From: Candidatus Woesebacteria bacterium
GTDB taxonomy: Bacteria; Patescibacteriota; Microgenomatia; UBA8517
Reading direction: 5' to 3'
Assembly (NCBI GenBank): GCA_963716475.1
Contig: OY970314.1
Span: 303,226-352,980 of the forward strand
DNA: 49,755 bases
Numbering within the stretch: position 1 is the first letter of the stretch; each line of letters starts with the position of its first letter. Made by a program: the position numbers and the translations under genes. The notes below the pieces were generated by a model that worked only from the letters and a program-made list of their open reading frames with translations, was not told the DNA's origin and searched no databases. Below, in pieces: positions 27,956 to 37,023 of the stretch.

Positions 27956-29191
27956 CTATTTAATAACATCTTTCCCCATCCACTTTTGAAGTACTTCGGG
28001 GATTTTTATGGAACCATCTTTTTGCTGAAAGTTTTCTAGGATTGCCAAGGGAACCCTAGACATGACAATTGCGGTACCGTTTAGCATATGCAGGTATTCA
28101 GTTTCCCCCGTTTTTCTTCTGAATTTGATATTCAGGTTTCTGGCCTGATAGTCGGTACAGTTGGAAGTAGAAGTTACCTCTCCATAGTCTCCCCTACCGG
28201 GCATCCAGACTTCAACATCATATTTTCTGGCAGCCATTGCCCCAAGATCCCCCGTACACATTTCGATAACCCTGTAAGGAAGACCCAGTTCCTGATAAAT
28301 TTCCTCCTCCATTTTAAGTATGAGTTCATGAAACTTATCCGACTCCTCCGGTTTACAGTAAATAAACATTTCGACTTTTGAAAACTCATGAACACGGTAC
28401 AAACCTTTTGAATATTTACCGTAAGCTCCCGCTTCCTGCCTAAAACAATGTGAGTATCCTGCGTATTTAAGAGGGAGTTTTTCCTCCGGGATTACTTCAT
28501 CAGCATGGCTTCCGGCCAAAGTGACTTCGGCTGTTGCGATAAGGCCAAGGTCCTCTCCCTCAATCGTATAAGTCTGTGCCTCATCTCCTTTGGGCATATA
28601 ACCTGTTCCCAAATAGTAGCGGCTTTTAGCCAAGTCAGGTGTAATCACCGGTAAAAATCCGTGTTCGGAAAGTTTTTCAAGAGCATAACGTGTTAAAGCC
28701 AGTTCTAGAAGAGCTCCGTCGCCATAAAGAAAGAAAAACTGTGATCCGGTAACCTTTGCACCGGTTTCAAAATCCAGTATTCCAAGAGATTTTCCCAGTT
28801 CGATATGACTCTTTGGCTCAAATTTAAATTTAGCGGGAGTTCCCCATTTCCTGACTTCCACGTTATCTTTATCATTTTTCCCGATAGGCGCTTTATCGGA
28901 AGGAAGATTTGGGATTTTTTGTAAAGTTTCTGAGTATTCCTTGAAAATCATATCAAGTTCCGGTTCTTTATCTTTTAATTGTTCTTTAATGATTTTTCCC
29001 TCTTCAGAAAACTTTTTTTCGTCCGCAATTTTATTTCGTTTAGCTCTCAGTAGTTCTATTTCAAGAATCGTTTTTCTGCGTTTTTCGTCAAGCGCCAGAA
29101 CTTTATCTACCAAAGAAGCGTCAAACTGTTTATCGGCAGTTCCTTTCTTAACCAAATCCTTATTTTCGCGAATAAAGTTAATATCGAGCAT
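27956..29191 (-). CDS. serS: seryl-tRNA synthetase
   Basis: MLDINFIREN plus an N-terminal coiled coil. The class II motifs are present (FRQEAG.YG....GLYRVHEF.KVE; GDLG....KYD.EVW.P......EV.S.SNC.D.Q.R). Confidence 0.95.
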   Translation of the reverse strand: MLDINFIRENKDLVKKGTADKQFDASLVDKVLALDEKRRKTILEIELLRAKRNKIADEKKFSEEGKIIKEQLKDKEPELDMIFKEYSETLQKIPNLPSDKAPIGKNDKDNVEVRKWGTPAKFKFEPKSHIELGKSLGILDFETGAKVTGSQFFFLYGDGALLELALTRYALEKLSEHGFLPVITPDLAKSRYYLGTGYMPKGDEAQTYTIEGEDLGLIATAEVTLAGSHADEVIPEEKLPLKYAGYSHCFRQEAGAYGKYSKGLYRVHEFSKVEMFIYCKPEESDKFHELILKMEEEIYQELGLPYRVIEMCTGDLGAMAARKYDVEVWMPGRGDYGEVTSTSNCTDYQARNLNIKFRRKTGETEYLHMLNGTAIVMSRVPLAILENFQQKDGSIKIPEVLQKWMGKDVIK

Positions 29192-29270
29192 AAGACCAGA
29201 ATATATCTAACGAAGGCGGTTGACAAGATGATTTGTTTGCGTTGAGCCGCTTTGCTACAATGAGGGCTAG

Positions 29271-31832
29271 ATGTGGAGAGACAGACTTAGGTACAGGAAA
29301 TCACTTACAAGAAGCCGTAGACTGGTAAAATTTGCGAAAATAGCTTTCTTTGGGGTTATCGGATTTCTTGTATTTCTTTTCTTTATTCTTCCTCTTCTGG
29401 CTTTCAATCTTCCATCACCAGACAAAATTGTAAGAACCCAGGGTTTCTCCACAAAGATATTGGATAGAAACGGAAAACTTCTTTATGACGTATATGCAAG
29501 TCAAAATCGAACACCAATAGTCATTACAGACGTTCCTACATATTTGAAAGAAGCAACAATTTCCATCGAGGACAAAAATTTTTATAAACATCAGGGGTTT
29601 GATCCTCTTGGAATGCTTAGGGGATTTTTGCGAATATTTACTCAGGGAAGAGCCGAGGGCGGATCAACGATTACTCAGCAGCTGGTCAAAAACGTTCTTC
29701 TGACAAACGACAGAACTATTGTAAGAAAAATTAAGGAATTTGTTTTGGCAATCCAAATCGAGAAAAAATATTCCAAGGACCAGATTTTACAGATGTATCT
29801 TAACGAAGTTCCTTATGGAGGAACGGCCTGGGGAGTCGGAGCTGCGGCAGAAACATATTTTGGTAAAGATGTGAAAGATTTGGATTTGATCGAATGCGCA
29901 ATTTTGGCAGGCATGCCGCAAAGCCCGTCAACATATTCTCCGTATTCCTCTACTCCGAAAGCTTTTATTCAGAGGACAAAAGATGTTCTTAGGCAAATGC
30001 AAGTAAACGGATATCTGACAAAAGATCAGGAAACTGCCGCTGATGCGATGCTTACAAATGTGCAATTTCAGCCTAAAGGCGCAAGTTTTAATGCGCCCCA
30101 CTTTGTTCAGTATGTTCAAAATATTTTAGAGAATACTTATGGTCAGGCTGCAGTTGAACAGGGCGGTTTAACCGTTACCACAACCCTTGATCTTGACCTG
30201 CAAAATCAAACTCAAACTGCTGTAACTGAAGAAATAGCTAAAGTTGAAAAGCAGCATATTACGAATGGGGCTGCTATTGTAATTAATCCCGAAACGGGGG
30301 AAATATTAGCCATGGTCGGATCGAAGAATTTTTCGGCAACCGATTACGATGGTCAGGTTAATGTTACTACCTCGCTTAGACAGCCCGGAAGCTCATTCAA
30401 GCCTTTTACTTATGTTACTGCTTTTAAAAAGGGTTATAGCCCGGCAACACTTCTCATGGATGTTCCCACAACTTTTCCCGGTGGTGTTGGTCAGCCTGAT
30501 TATAATCCAGTTAACTACGACGGAAAATATGTGGGTCCGATCCAGGTTAGATACGCATTTGCGAATTCGAGAAACCTCCCCGCCGTTAAAATGCTGGCTA
30601 TGGTTGGAATAAAAGATGTTCTTCAAACCGCGACTGATTTGGGTTTGACCACTCTTCCTCCAACTGCGGATACTCTTAAAAGAGTCGGATTATCTCTGAC
30701 TTTGGGCGGAGGGGAAGTGAAACTTATAGACATGGCAGATGCATATTCGGCGTTTGTAAATAAGGGGTATAGAGTTGACCCAGTTGCGATTTTGAAAGTA
30801 ACTGATGTGAACGGCAAAGTTTTGGAGGATAACCATCCTCAGAAAGGAAACAAAGTGCTGTCTGAAGAACAGGCGTTCCTAGTTGATTCCATTCTTTCGG
30901 ATAACAACGCAAGAAAGGATGTTTTTGGTCTTAATTCTCTCCTTAATGTCGCTGATGTAATGGTTAAAACCGGAACAACCAACGATAAAAGAGACAATTG
31001 GACGATAGGAGGAAACGACAATGCAATGGTAGGGGTTTGGGTTGGAAATAACGATAATACCCCAATGCTTAATGTTGCTTCAGGCATAAGCGGAGCATCA
31101 CCTATTTGGCATAGAATAATTCTTGCATCTATTAAAGGTAAACCGGCTGTAAAGTTTGACGTTCCGTCGGGAATTAGCCAGGTAAATGTTGATATGGTTT
31201 CCGGATATGCGGCTCATGACAACTTTCCAAGCAGAAACGAATACTTCATTAAGGGGACCGAACCGACTCTAGCAGATCCGGTCCATGTGCTTTTTAAGGT
31301 TTGTAAAAGTGACGGAAAATTAGCAACCCCCAGTGATATTGCAGCCAATAATTTTGACTATAAAGAATATTTCAAATTTAGCGAAAACGATCCGACTGCA
31401 GCTCCCGGTGGGCCAAACAAATGGCAGGAGGGCATAAACAATTGGTTAAACGGACAGGGGGACTCAAAATACCATCCGCCAACTGATTATTGTGGAACGG
31501 CCAATCCCTTGAATGTAGATTTTACTTCTCCTCATGACCAGGATGCTAATATGCCTTCAACGTTTACTGTTACATTTACAGCCAATTCCAGTTCGGCAAT
31601 AACTCAGGCAGATCTACAGGTTGACGGAAAGGCAATTTGCACTTTTAATAATGGCGCGAATAATTATAGCTGTACAATTAAGGATTCCTTATCTAATGCC
31701 AATCATACTTTGCAGGCAAGCGCCATGGATGCTGCAAATCATTCATCAAGTAGAACAATCACTGTTGCAGTTGGAGGGCCGATATCCACCCCGATTCCTG
31801 TTTCTTCTCCTTCTCCATCGCCCACTCCTTGA
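29271..31832 (+). CDS. class A penicillin-binding protein (transglycosylase + transpeptidase) with a C-terminal Ig-like extension
   Basis: GT51 motifs EDKNFYKHQGFD, GGSTITQQL and RKIKE. Transpeptidase motifs SSFKP, SRN and KTGTT. About 130 extra C-terminal residues end in a PSPSPTP tail. Confidence 0.95.
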   Translation: MWRDRLRYRKSLTRSRRLVKFAKIAFFGVIGFLVFLFFILPLLAFNLPSPDKIVRTQGFSTKILDRNGKLLYDVYASQNRTPIVITDVPTYLKEATISIEDKNFYKHQGFDPLGMLRGFLRIFTQGRAEGGSTITQQLVKNVLLTNDRTIVRKIKEFVLAIQIEKKYSKDQILQMYLNEVPYGGTAWGVGAAAETYFGKDVKDLDLIECAILAGMPQSPSTYSPYSSTPKAFIQRTKDVLRQMQVNGYLTKDQETAADAMLTNVQFQPKGASFNAPHFVQYVQNILENTYGQAAVEQGGLTVTTTLDLDLQNQTQTAVTEEIAKVEKQHITNGAAIVINPETGEILAMVGSKNFSATDYDGQVNVTTSLRQPGSSFKPFTYVTAFKKGYSPATLLMDVPTTFPGGVGQPDYNPVNYDGKYVGPIQVRYAFANSRNLPAVKMLAMVGIKDVLQTATDLGLTTLPPTADTLKRVGLSLTLGGGEVKLIDMADAYSAFVNKGYRVDPVAILKVTDVNGKVLEDNHPQKGNKVLSEEQAFLVDSILSDNNARKDVFGLNSLLNVADVMVKTGTTNDKRDNWTIGGNDNAMVGVWVGNNDNTPMLNVASGISGASPIWHRIILASIKGKPAVKFDVPSGISQVNVDMVSGYAAHDNFPSRNEYFIKGTEPTLADPVHVLFKVCKSDGKLATPSDIAANNFDYKEYFKFSENDPTAAPGGPNKWQEGINNWLNGQGDSKYHPPTDYCGTANPLNVDFTSPHDQDANMPSTFTVTFTANSSSAITQADLQVDGKAICTFNNGANNYSCTIKDSLSNANHTLQASAMDAANHSSSRTITVAVGGPISTPIPVSSPSPSPTP

Positions 31833-31860
31833 CGTTGTGATATAATCCTGTGACTTAGAT

Positions 31861-32151
31861 ATGGCACCGGAAATTTCCAGCAGCAACAGTATACCCGAAG
31901 ACAGAATCGGTAGAGTTCATGACTGGGGAGAAATGAGTTCGTTTTTGCCTGCTGATGCTGTAATGGAAAGTAAAAGGTTCCTAAGAGGTTATTTCAGAGC
32001 CCAAGTCTTTTTAAAGGAGGACAAGAAAGTTAAAGCCAAAGTTATATTTTCTGCCTTGGATAGAACTACAGGTTATATTGATTTTGAAGATTCTAACCAT
32101 AGTCTATTAAAAACGATAGACATTGCAGTTAGAGGGGAGAGCAGGTGGTAA
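31861..32151 (+). CDS. hypothetical protein
   Basis: 96-aa ORF with a protein-like composition and no recognisable motif. It converges on the pheT stop with a 2-nt gap. Confidence 0.4.
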   Translation: MAPEISSSNSIPEDRIGRVHDWGEMSSFLPADAVMESKRFLRGYFRAQVFLKEDKKVKAKVIFSALDRTTGYIDFEDSNHSLLKTIDIAVRGESRW

Positions 32152-32153
32152 GT

Positions 32154-34125
32154 TTAGACTTTTAGCATTCCTCCAAACCTCTGTTTAATTTTATCCAAAA
32201 TAGAAGTCCTGATTTTTTCTACTTCTTCGTTTGTTAGAGTTTTTTCAGGGTCTTGGTACCAAATTCTGAAGGTGTACGAATCTTTATATTGATCTTTCAG
32301 TTCAACATTTGTTATTAATTTTGAGTTGGTAGCTATCGTTTTTATAACTTCCCCTACTCTTGTTTTCGGCAGGAGAACAAAACTCAGGTCCTCGATTTGA
32401 ACGGGATTAGTAGGAACCGGGGAAAACGTTTTGAACTTTGATAAGTTTTCCAAAGTTTCGATATCCATTTCAAAACAGAAGACTTTTTTGAATATCTCCA
32501 ATGTGCTAAGTACTATTGGATTAACCTCGCCAAACTCGCCGATTATTTTGGAACCGTGTTTAATTGTTCCCGCATCAGAGGTGTGTAAATAGGATTTATC
32601 TACTTCAAAATCAACAGAGTATCCGTCAATATTCAATTTAGAAAGGATAAGTTCAATAACAGTTTTGAAATCTCTGAAATTTTCGCCCAAATATATTGCT
32701 GCGACTTTATATTTTTCCTGAGCTTTTTTATCTGCCTTCAGAAACACTTTATCAATTTCAAACAGTTTTAGAGTATCCGTGGAGTTTATTTTAATTGCTG
32801 TGACCAGACTTGGAATGAGAGATGTTCTCATATATTCATACTCAAGACTCACGGGATTTATAATTCTAAATTGACTTGATGTATCTACTCCAAATTTAGT
32901 TATTAAATCCTTTGATATTAAGGAAAGATTTTTAGTTTCCGAGTAACCGCACGAAATAAGAAGGTTTTTAATTTTAAGAATTAGACTATCGTCAAAATAA
33001 TATGGAATTTTCCGGTCATTAACTTTGCCGGTAGGCATTGTTGTAGGAAATTTATTGTAGCCGTAAAGACGGGCTATTTCTTCTACAAGATCCTCCTGGA
33101 TTTGGATATCACCCCTGTATGTAGGTATTAAACAAGTTACGCCCATCTTATTCTTCTTTGGAGAAAGGCTAAGCTTTGAAAGAATTTGGACTACATCAGT
33201 ATCAGAAATTTTTATGCCTAATACTTTTTCTAGAATGCCGAAGCTTAAAAAAAGTTTTTTTGGTTCATACTTCTTTTCTTTTAGGTCAATTAAATTAGAT
33301 GCAATCTCTCCTCCGGCAAGTTCTAAAATAAGGTTAACGGCCCTTGAGAGAGCCTTTATCGTTCCACCTTTATCCGGTCCGCGTTCGTAAATAGCGGAAG
33401 CGTCGCTCCTAAGTCCCAATGCCTGAGAAGTCCTTCGGACAAGTACGGGATTATCTATGGTTACATGCAGAAAAATATTTTTAGTTGTTTCTTTTATTCC
33501 GGAGTTTATACCGCCTTTTATTCCTGCCAAATCAATCAAACGCTCAGCATCCCTTATAATCATCGCGTCTTTGGGAAGCGTATATTCGAGATTGTCTACA
33601 GAAGTGAATGTCTCGCCTCCTTTGGACAGCTGAAGCGTCATTATTTGACCGTAAATTTCGTCATAGTCAAAAGCGTGCATGGGAAGACCCAACTCGTACA
33701 TAACGTAATTGGTGATGTCGATAATATTATTTATCGGAGAATGTCCCATTAAAGTTATCCTTTCCTGAAGCCATTTGGGAGAAGGTTTAATCTCAACACC
33801 CTTAATAATGACTCCGGTCCAGCGTTCAAAAAGACGATAATCGGGTACCAAATCTAATGGGAATTTTGCAGTTCTGGTTTGGAAGAGATTTGATTTCGGG
33901 TTCCCTGATTTTGATTCCCTGAATTGCGGCTACTTCTCTGGCGACTCCGACAATGCTCATCCAATCGGGTCTATTGGCGGTTACTTCAACATCCAGAACG
34001 GTTTCATCACCTGCTTTTTTGACAGATTCACAGGTTAAACCTGCCTCAGTCATTTTCCACATCAAAACCTTCAGAGGCAACTTGATATCGACGTATTCTT
34101 TAAGCCAGGAAATAGGAATTAACAT
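32154..34125 (-). CDS. pheT: phenylalanyl-tRNA synthetase beta subunit, reading frame interrupted near 33849-33852
   Basis: ORF 33826..34125 encodes the PheT N-terminus (MLIPISWLKEYV...DVEVTANRPDWMSIVGVAREV). ORF 32154..33851 continues with the B3_4/B5/core and C-terminal domains (...INNIIDITNYVMYELGLPMHAFD...). Joining the two requires skipping one base. Confidence 0.85.
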
Positions 34126-34147
34126 AATATTTTCATCGATCTAATCA

Positions 34148-35183
34148 TTAGAACTGTGACAAAATTCTCATGTCCGGTGTTGTCAGTGTTCTTAAATCTT
34201 TGATTTTGTAGCGAAGGTTAACTATGCGTGAGAGTCCTATGGCAAAGGCAAATCCATTCCATTTTTTTGTATCAATACCTGCGTTTTTAAGTACATTCGG
34301 ATGAATCATACCGGCGGGCATTATTTCACTCCAACCTGTTCCCTTGCAGAAAGGACAACCTTTACCCTTGCAGATAGTACACTCCAAGTAAGCATCAACC
34401 CCCGGCTCGACGAAAGGAAAATTGGTTGTTGCAAAGCGTATTTTAGTATCTTTTCCAAAAAGTTCAGTCAAGACATATTTAATTGTTCCAAAAAGGTCCG
34501 TTAAATGAATATTTTCATCAACAACAAATCCTTCAACCTGCCAAAATTCAAATCCATGAGATGCATCAACCTGTTCGTATCTGAAGTTTCTTCCGGGAGC
34601 TAAAACTCTGAATGGCGGCTTCATCTTTTCCATCACTCGTCCCTGCATAGCATGAAGTTTGTGTTCTAAGGATAGTTTCGAAAGGTTTCAAATCTGTACC
34701 GGTAGTATCGATATAGAAAGTCATTTGGGTGTCTCGTGAAGGATGATCCTTGGGAATATTTAAGGCTTCAAAATTATAATAATCGGATTCAATTTCCGGT
34801 CCATCTGCGATTTGATAACCGAGATAGTTAAATATTTGTTTAACCTCGATAAGAACTTGTGTTAGAGGGTGGAGATGTCCGAGATTGGGTTTTAGTCCCG
34901 GCATGGTTAAATCAAACCAGTCGCGCTTTTCCGATAGGCTTTTAATAAGAGCCTGTTTTTTATCAGAAATCATGTTCTCAATGGCGATTTTACTTTCGTT
35001 TAAAGTTATACCAAAAGTTTTACGCGATTCCTGTGGCACATCTTTGATTTTTTTAACAAGAAGTGTAAATTTACCGTTCCGGCCTAAATATGCGGCCCGC
35101 AGTTCCTCAAGATCTGCACTGTCCTTAGCACCCGAGATTTGAGCAATAGCCTCGTTTTTTAAATTAATAATTTCTTCCTGCAT
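34148..35183 (-). CDS. pheS: phenylalanyl-tRNA synthetase alpha subunit, reading frame interrupted near 34652
   Basis: ORF 34566..35183 carries the N-terminal part up to ...HPSRDTQMTFYI...ILRTQTS. ORF 34148..34648 continues MQGRVMEKMKPPFRVLAPGRNFRYE..DASH...FWQVEG (class II motifs 1-3). Joining the two requires skipping one base. Confidence 0.85.
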
Positions 35184-35197
35184 ACAGTATCTATTCT

Positions 35198-35227
35198 AAA
35201 CGAAAAATGCCTCCCTTTCAGGAGGCA
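35198..35227 (-). terminator. intrinsic terminator between rplT and pheS
   Basis: The minus-strand RNA reads UGCCUCC-UGAAAG-GGAGGCA, a perfect 7-bp GC-rich stem (35208-35227). UUUUUCGUUU follows directly (35207-35198). Confidence 0.65.
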
Positions 35228-35249
35228 AATAATAAATAGCTTTACCTCC

Positions 35250-35606
35250 TTAATTGGACTTGGTAAAGCTAAATCCTGCTTCTTTGACAATTTTCTTAAA
35301 AGCTTCGGGGTCGGTTACAGCTATATCGCTTAAAATCTTTCGGTCGATTTCGATCTTTTCTTTTTTTAATCCCGCAATAAACTTACTGTAAGATATACCG
35401 CCTGCTTTGACCGAGGCGTTAATCCTTGAAATCCAAAGAGTTCTCAGGTCTCTCTTTTTAAGTTTACGCCCTGCATATGCATAGGCCCCTGCATGAACCA
35501 AAGCTTCCTTGGCTACCTGAATACGGCTATGACGGGCCTGCTTAAAGCCTTTGGCTCTTGCCAACATCTTTCTGTGTCTTCGTGCGGAAACGGATTTTAC
35601 TCTCAT
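35250..35606 (-). CDS. rplT: 50S ribosomal protein L20
   Basis: [26 protein letters not shown]...AKEA...AG.YAY.GRK.KKRD.R.LWI.RINA is canonical L20. Confidence 0.95.
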   Translation of the reverse strand: MRVKSVSARRHRKMLARAKGFKQARHSRIQVAKEALVHAGAYAYAGRKLKKRDLRTLWISRINASVKAGGISYSKFIAGLKKEKIEIDRKILSDIAVTDPEAFKKIVKEAGFSFTKSN

Positions 35607-35845
35607 TTTTTCTTATCCTCCTTCTTTTCTCTCGATTTAATGCGTTTTCCTGTTCCGGTAGCTTTTCTAATCTTCTTGGCATAATAACCTTTCAACTCCT
35701 TAATCCTTTTAAGATTCCTAAGTTGTTTACTTGATTTGCCTGCTTTTAAGTGCCGCCTAAAGCTTTGGCGACGTAAAATTTTACCGTTTTTGGTAATCTT
35801 CAACCTTTTTGTGATTGATTTTCTACCCTTCATTTTGTTTCCCAT
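35603..35845 (-). CDS. rpmI: 50S ribosomal protein L35 with a Lys-rich C-terminal extension
   Basis: [47 protein letters not shown] is an L35 pattern. About 15 extra basic residues follow. It overlaps the rplT start by 4 nt. Confidence 0.9.
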   Translation of the reverse strand: MGNKMKGRKSITKRLKITKNGKILRRQSFRRHLKAGKSSKQLRNLKRIKELKGYYAKKIRKATGTGKRIKSREKKEDKKK

Positions 35846-35846
35846 A

Positions 35847-36404
35847 TTATTCTTTTTTTACGACAGGCTGTATTTTAGCAGATTTTTTGGAAATAGGCGA
35901 AATTACGGTAATCAGATGCTTTCCCAGAAACTTCGGTTCCATATCTGTTGTGGCTGTGTCGGCAAATTCAGCTAATATTCTTTGTATTACCTTATAGCCA
36001 GTTGCCTTGACACGCATTTGCGGCCCGGTAAAAACCACCACCACTCTGACCTTATTCTTATCTGCAAAAAATTCTCTGATTCTTCCGACCCTTACTTTAA
36101 AATCATTATCCGCTATAAAAGGGCTGAATCTGATTTCTTTAACTTCCCCGCCTTTGACTTTCTTTTGCTGGGCTCTGAGTTTTTTCTCCTCCGCATAGCG
36201 GAATTTACCAAAATCGACTATTTTTGCTACGGGTGGCGTGGCGTTGGGGGCAATTTCAACTAATGTCAAATCTGCCTCTTTAGCCTTTTTGATAGCTTCA
36301 TCTTTAGACAAAACTCCGATCAGTTTTCCGTCAGATCCGATAACACGTAATGAGGAAGCTCTAATCTGGTAATCTGTCCGCCAAAAAATGTTTGTTTTTC
36401 CCAA
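35847..36404 (-). CDS. infC: translation initiation factor IF-3 (start codon uncertain, probably non-ATG)
   Basis: IRASSLRVIGSDGKLIGVLSKDEAIKKAKEADLTLVEIAPNATPPVAKIVDFGKFRYEE.KK matches IF-3 closely. Homology begins about 46 codons after the ORF-track ATG (36542). In-frame TTG 36404 or ATT 36389 would give a normal-length IF-3. Confidence 0.85.
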   Translation of the reverse strand: MGKTNIFWRTDYQIRASSLRVIGSDGKLIGVLSKDEAIKKAKEADLTLVEIAPNATPPVAKIVDFGKFRYAEEKKLRAQQKKVKGGEVKEIRFSPFIADNDFKVRVGRIREFFADKNKVRVVVVFTGPQMRVKATGYKVIQRILAEFADTATTDMEPKFLGKHLITVISPISKKSAKIQPVVKKE

Positions 36405-36492
36405 CTTTGCTATGACTGAATTGTAGCTAAAAACAAATAAAGTATCAAGGTGTATTTGACTTGCCACCCACAAGTGATAGACTTCGGGACAT

Positions 36493-36705
36493 ATGTCAAA
36501 CTCGGAAAGGGTTATGGATGAATATAGAAGGCAAGAGAACAACTTTATCAGGCATACGGGTTCAGCATTTACGTTTGGCGAAAAGGAGTCCAGAAAAATT
36601 ATCGCAAATATAGTTAAAAGTGGTAAGGTTTATGTGGATGAGGGGTCGTTAGAAAAAGGTTTGAGACTTATAGACAGAGTTGCCCGAGTGGTGAGGCCTC
36701 AATAA
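36493..36705 (+). CDS. hypothetical 70-aa ORF antisense to the operon direction (doubtful)
   Basis: The composition is protein-like (MSNSERVMDEYRRQENNFIRHTG...). There is no RBS upstream, and it lies in the infC leader region on the opposite strand. Confidence 0.2.
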   Translation: MSNSERVMDEYRRQENNFIRHTGSAFTFGEKESRKIIANIVKSGKVYVDEGSLEKGLRLIDRVARVVRPQ

Positions 36706-36711
36706 GGTTTG

Positions 36712-37017
36712 CTAGGTTGTCTTAAAAAGAATAACTTCCTCCGCTGACAATAGGTCCAGAAACTTATGCGGAAGGTCTCGTTTGGATGGAGATGGTCCAA
36801 GAACTTCCCTTAGTTTCTCAATATGCTTGTCTTGCCCACTTTTTGTTTTGAATCTGTAATATACCAAGAACTCACGGGGATTATCTAGAGATCGGAAAAA
36901 TGAATAATAAAGACATTCCTCACTCATGTGAGCACACTCCTCACACTTGAGGGCTACTTTCCTAAACTCTTCTTCAGATCCGGTTTTAATGACTACCTTA
37001 TATACAACAGTGACCAT
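36712..37017 (-). CDS. ABM (antibiotic biosynthesis monooxygenase-like / Dabb-fold) domain protein
   Basis: 101 aa. The pattern V.K..IK.G.EEEF......C......EE.CL.Y.FFRSLDNP.EFLVYY.F......D.H is typical of ABM-fold proteins. Confidence 0.6.
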   Translation of the reverse strand: MVTVVYKVVIKTGSEEEFRKVALKCEECAHMSEECLYYSFFRSLDNPREFLVYYRFKTKSGQDKHIEKLREVLGPSPSKRDLPHKFLDLLSAEEVILFKTT

Positions 37018-37023
37018 TAATTA

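Noticed and set aside
29220-29261. TTGACA ... TGcTACAAT as the promoter of the PBP gene
   Set aside because: The two hexamers are 30 nt apart. The TACAAT ends 9 nt before the ATG, and that interval (GAGGG) looks like the ribosome-binding site instead. The true promoter is not identifiable by eye.
35184-35249. Phe-containing leader peptide (TTG CCT CCT GAA AGG GAG GCA TTT TTC GTT TAG, two Phe codons) as a pheM-like attenuation leader
   Set aside because: The TTG lies 15 nt from the GGAGG, which is too far for normal initiation. The mini-ORF lies on top of the terminator hairpin rather than upstream of it. Two Phe codons within a U-tract are expected by chance.
36405-36542. 46-codon N-terminal extension of infC from the only in-frame ATG
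   Set aside because: It has no similarity to IF-3 and an implausible composition. IF-3 genes characteristically start at non-ATG codons, and TTG 36404 or ATT 36389 fit a normal-length protein.
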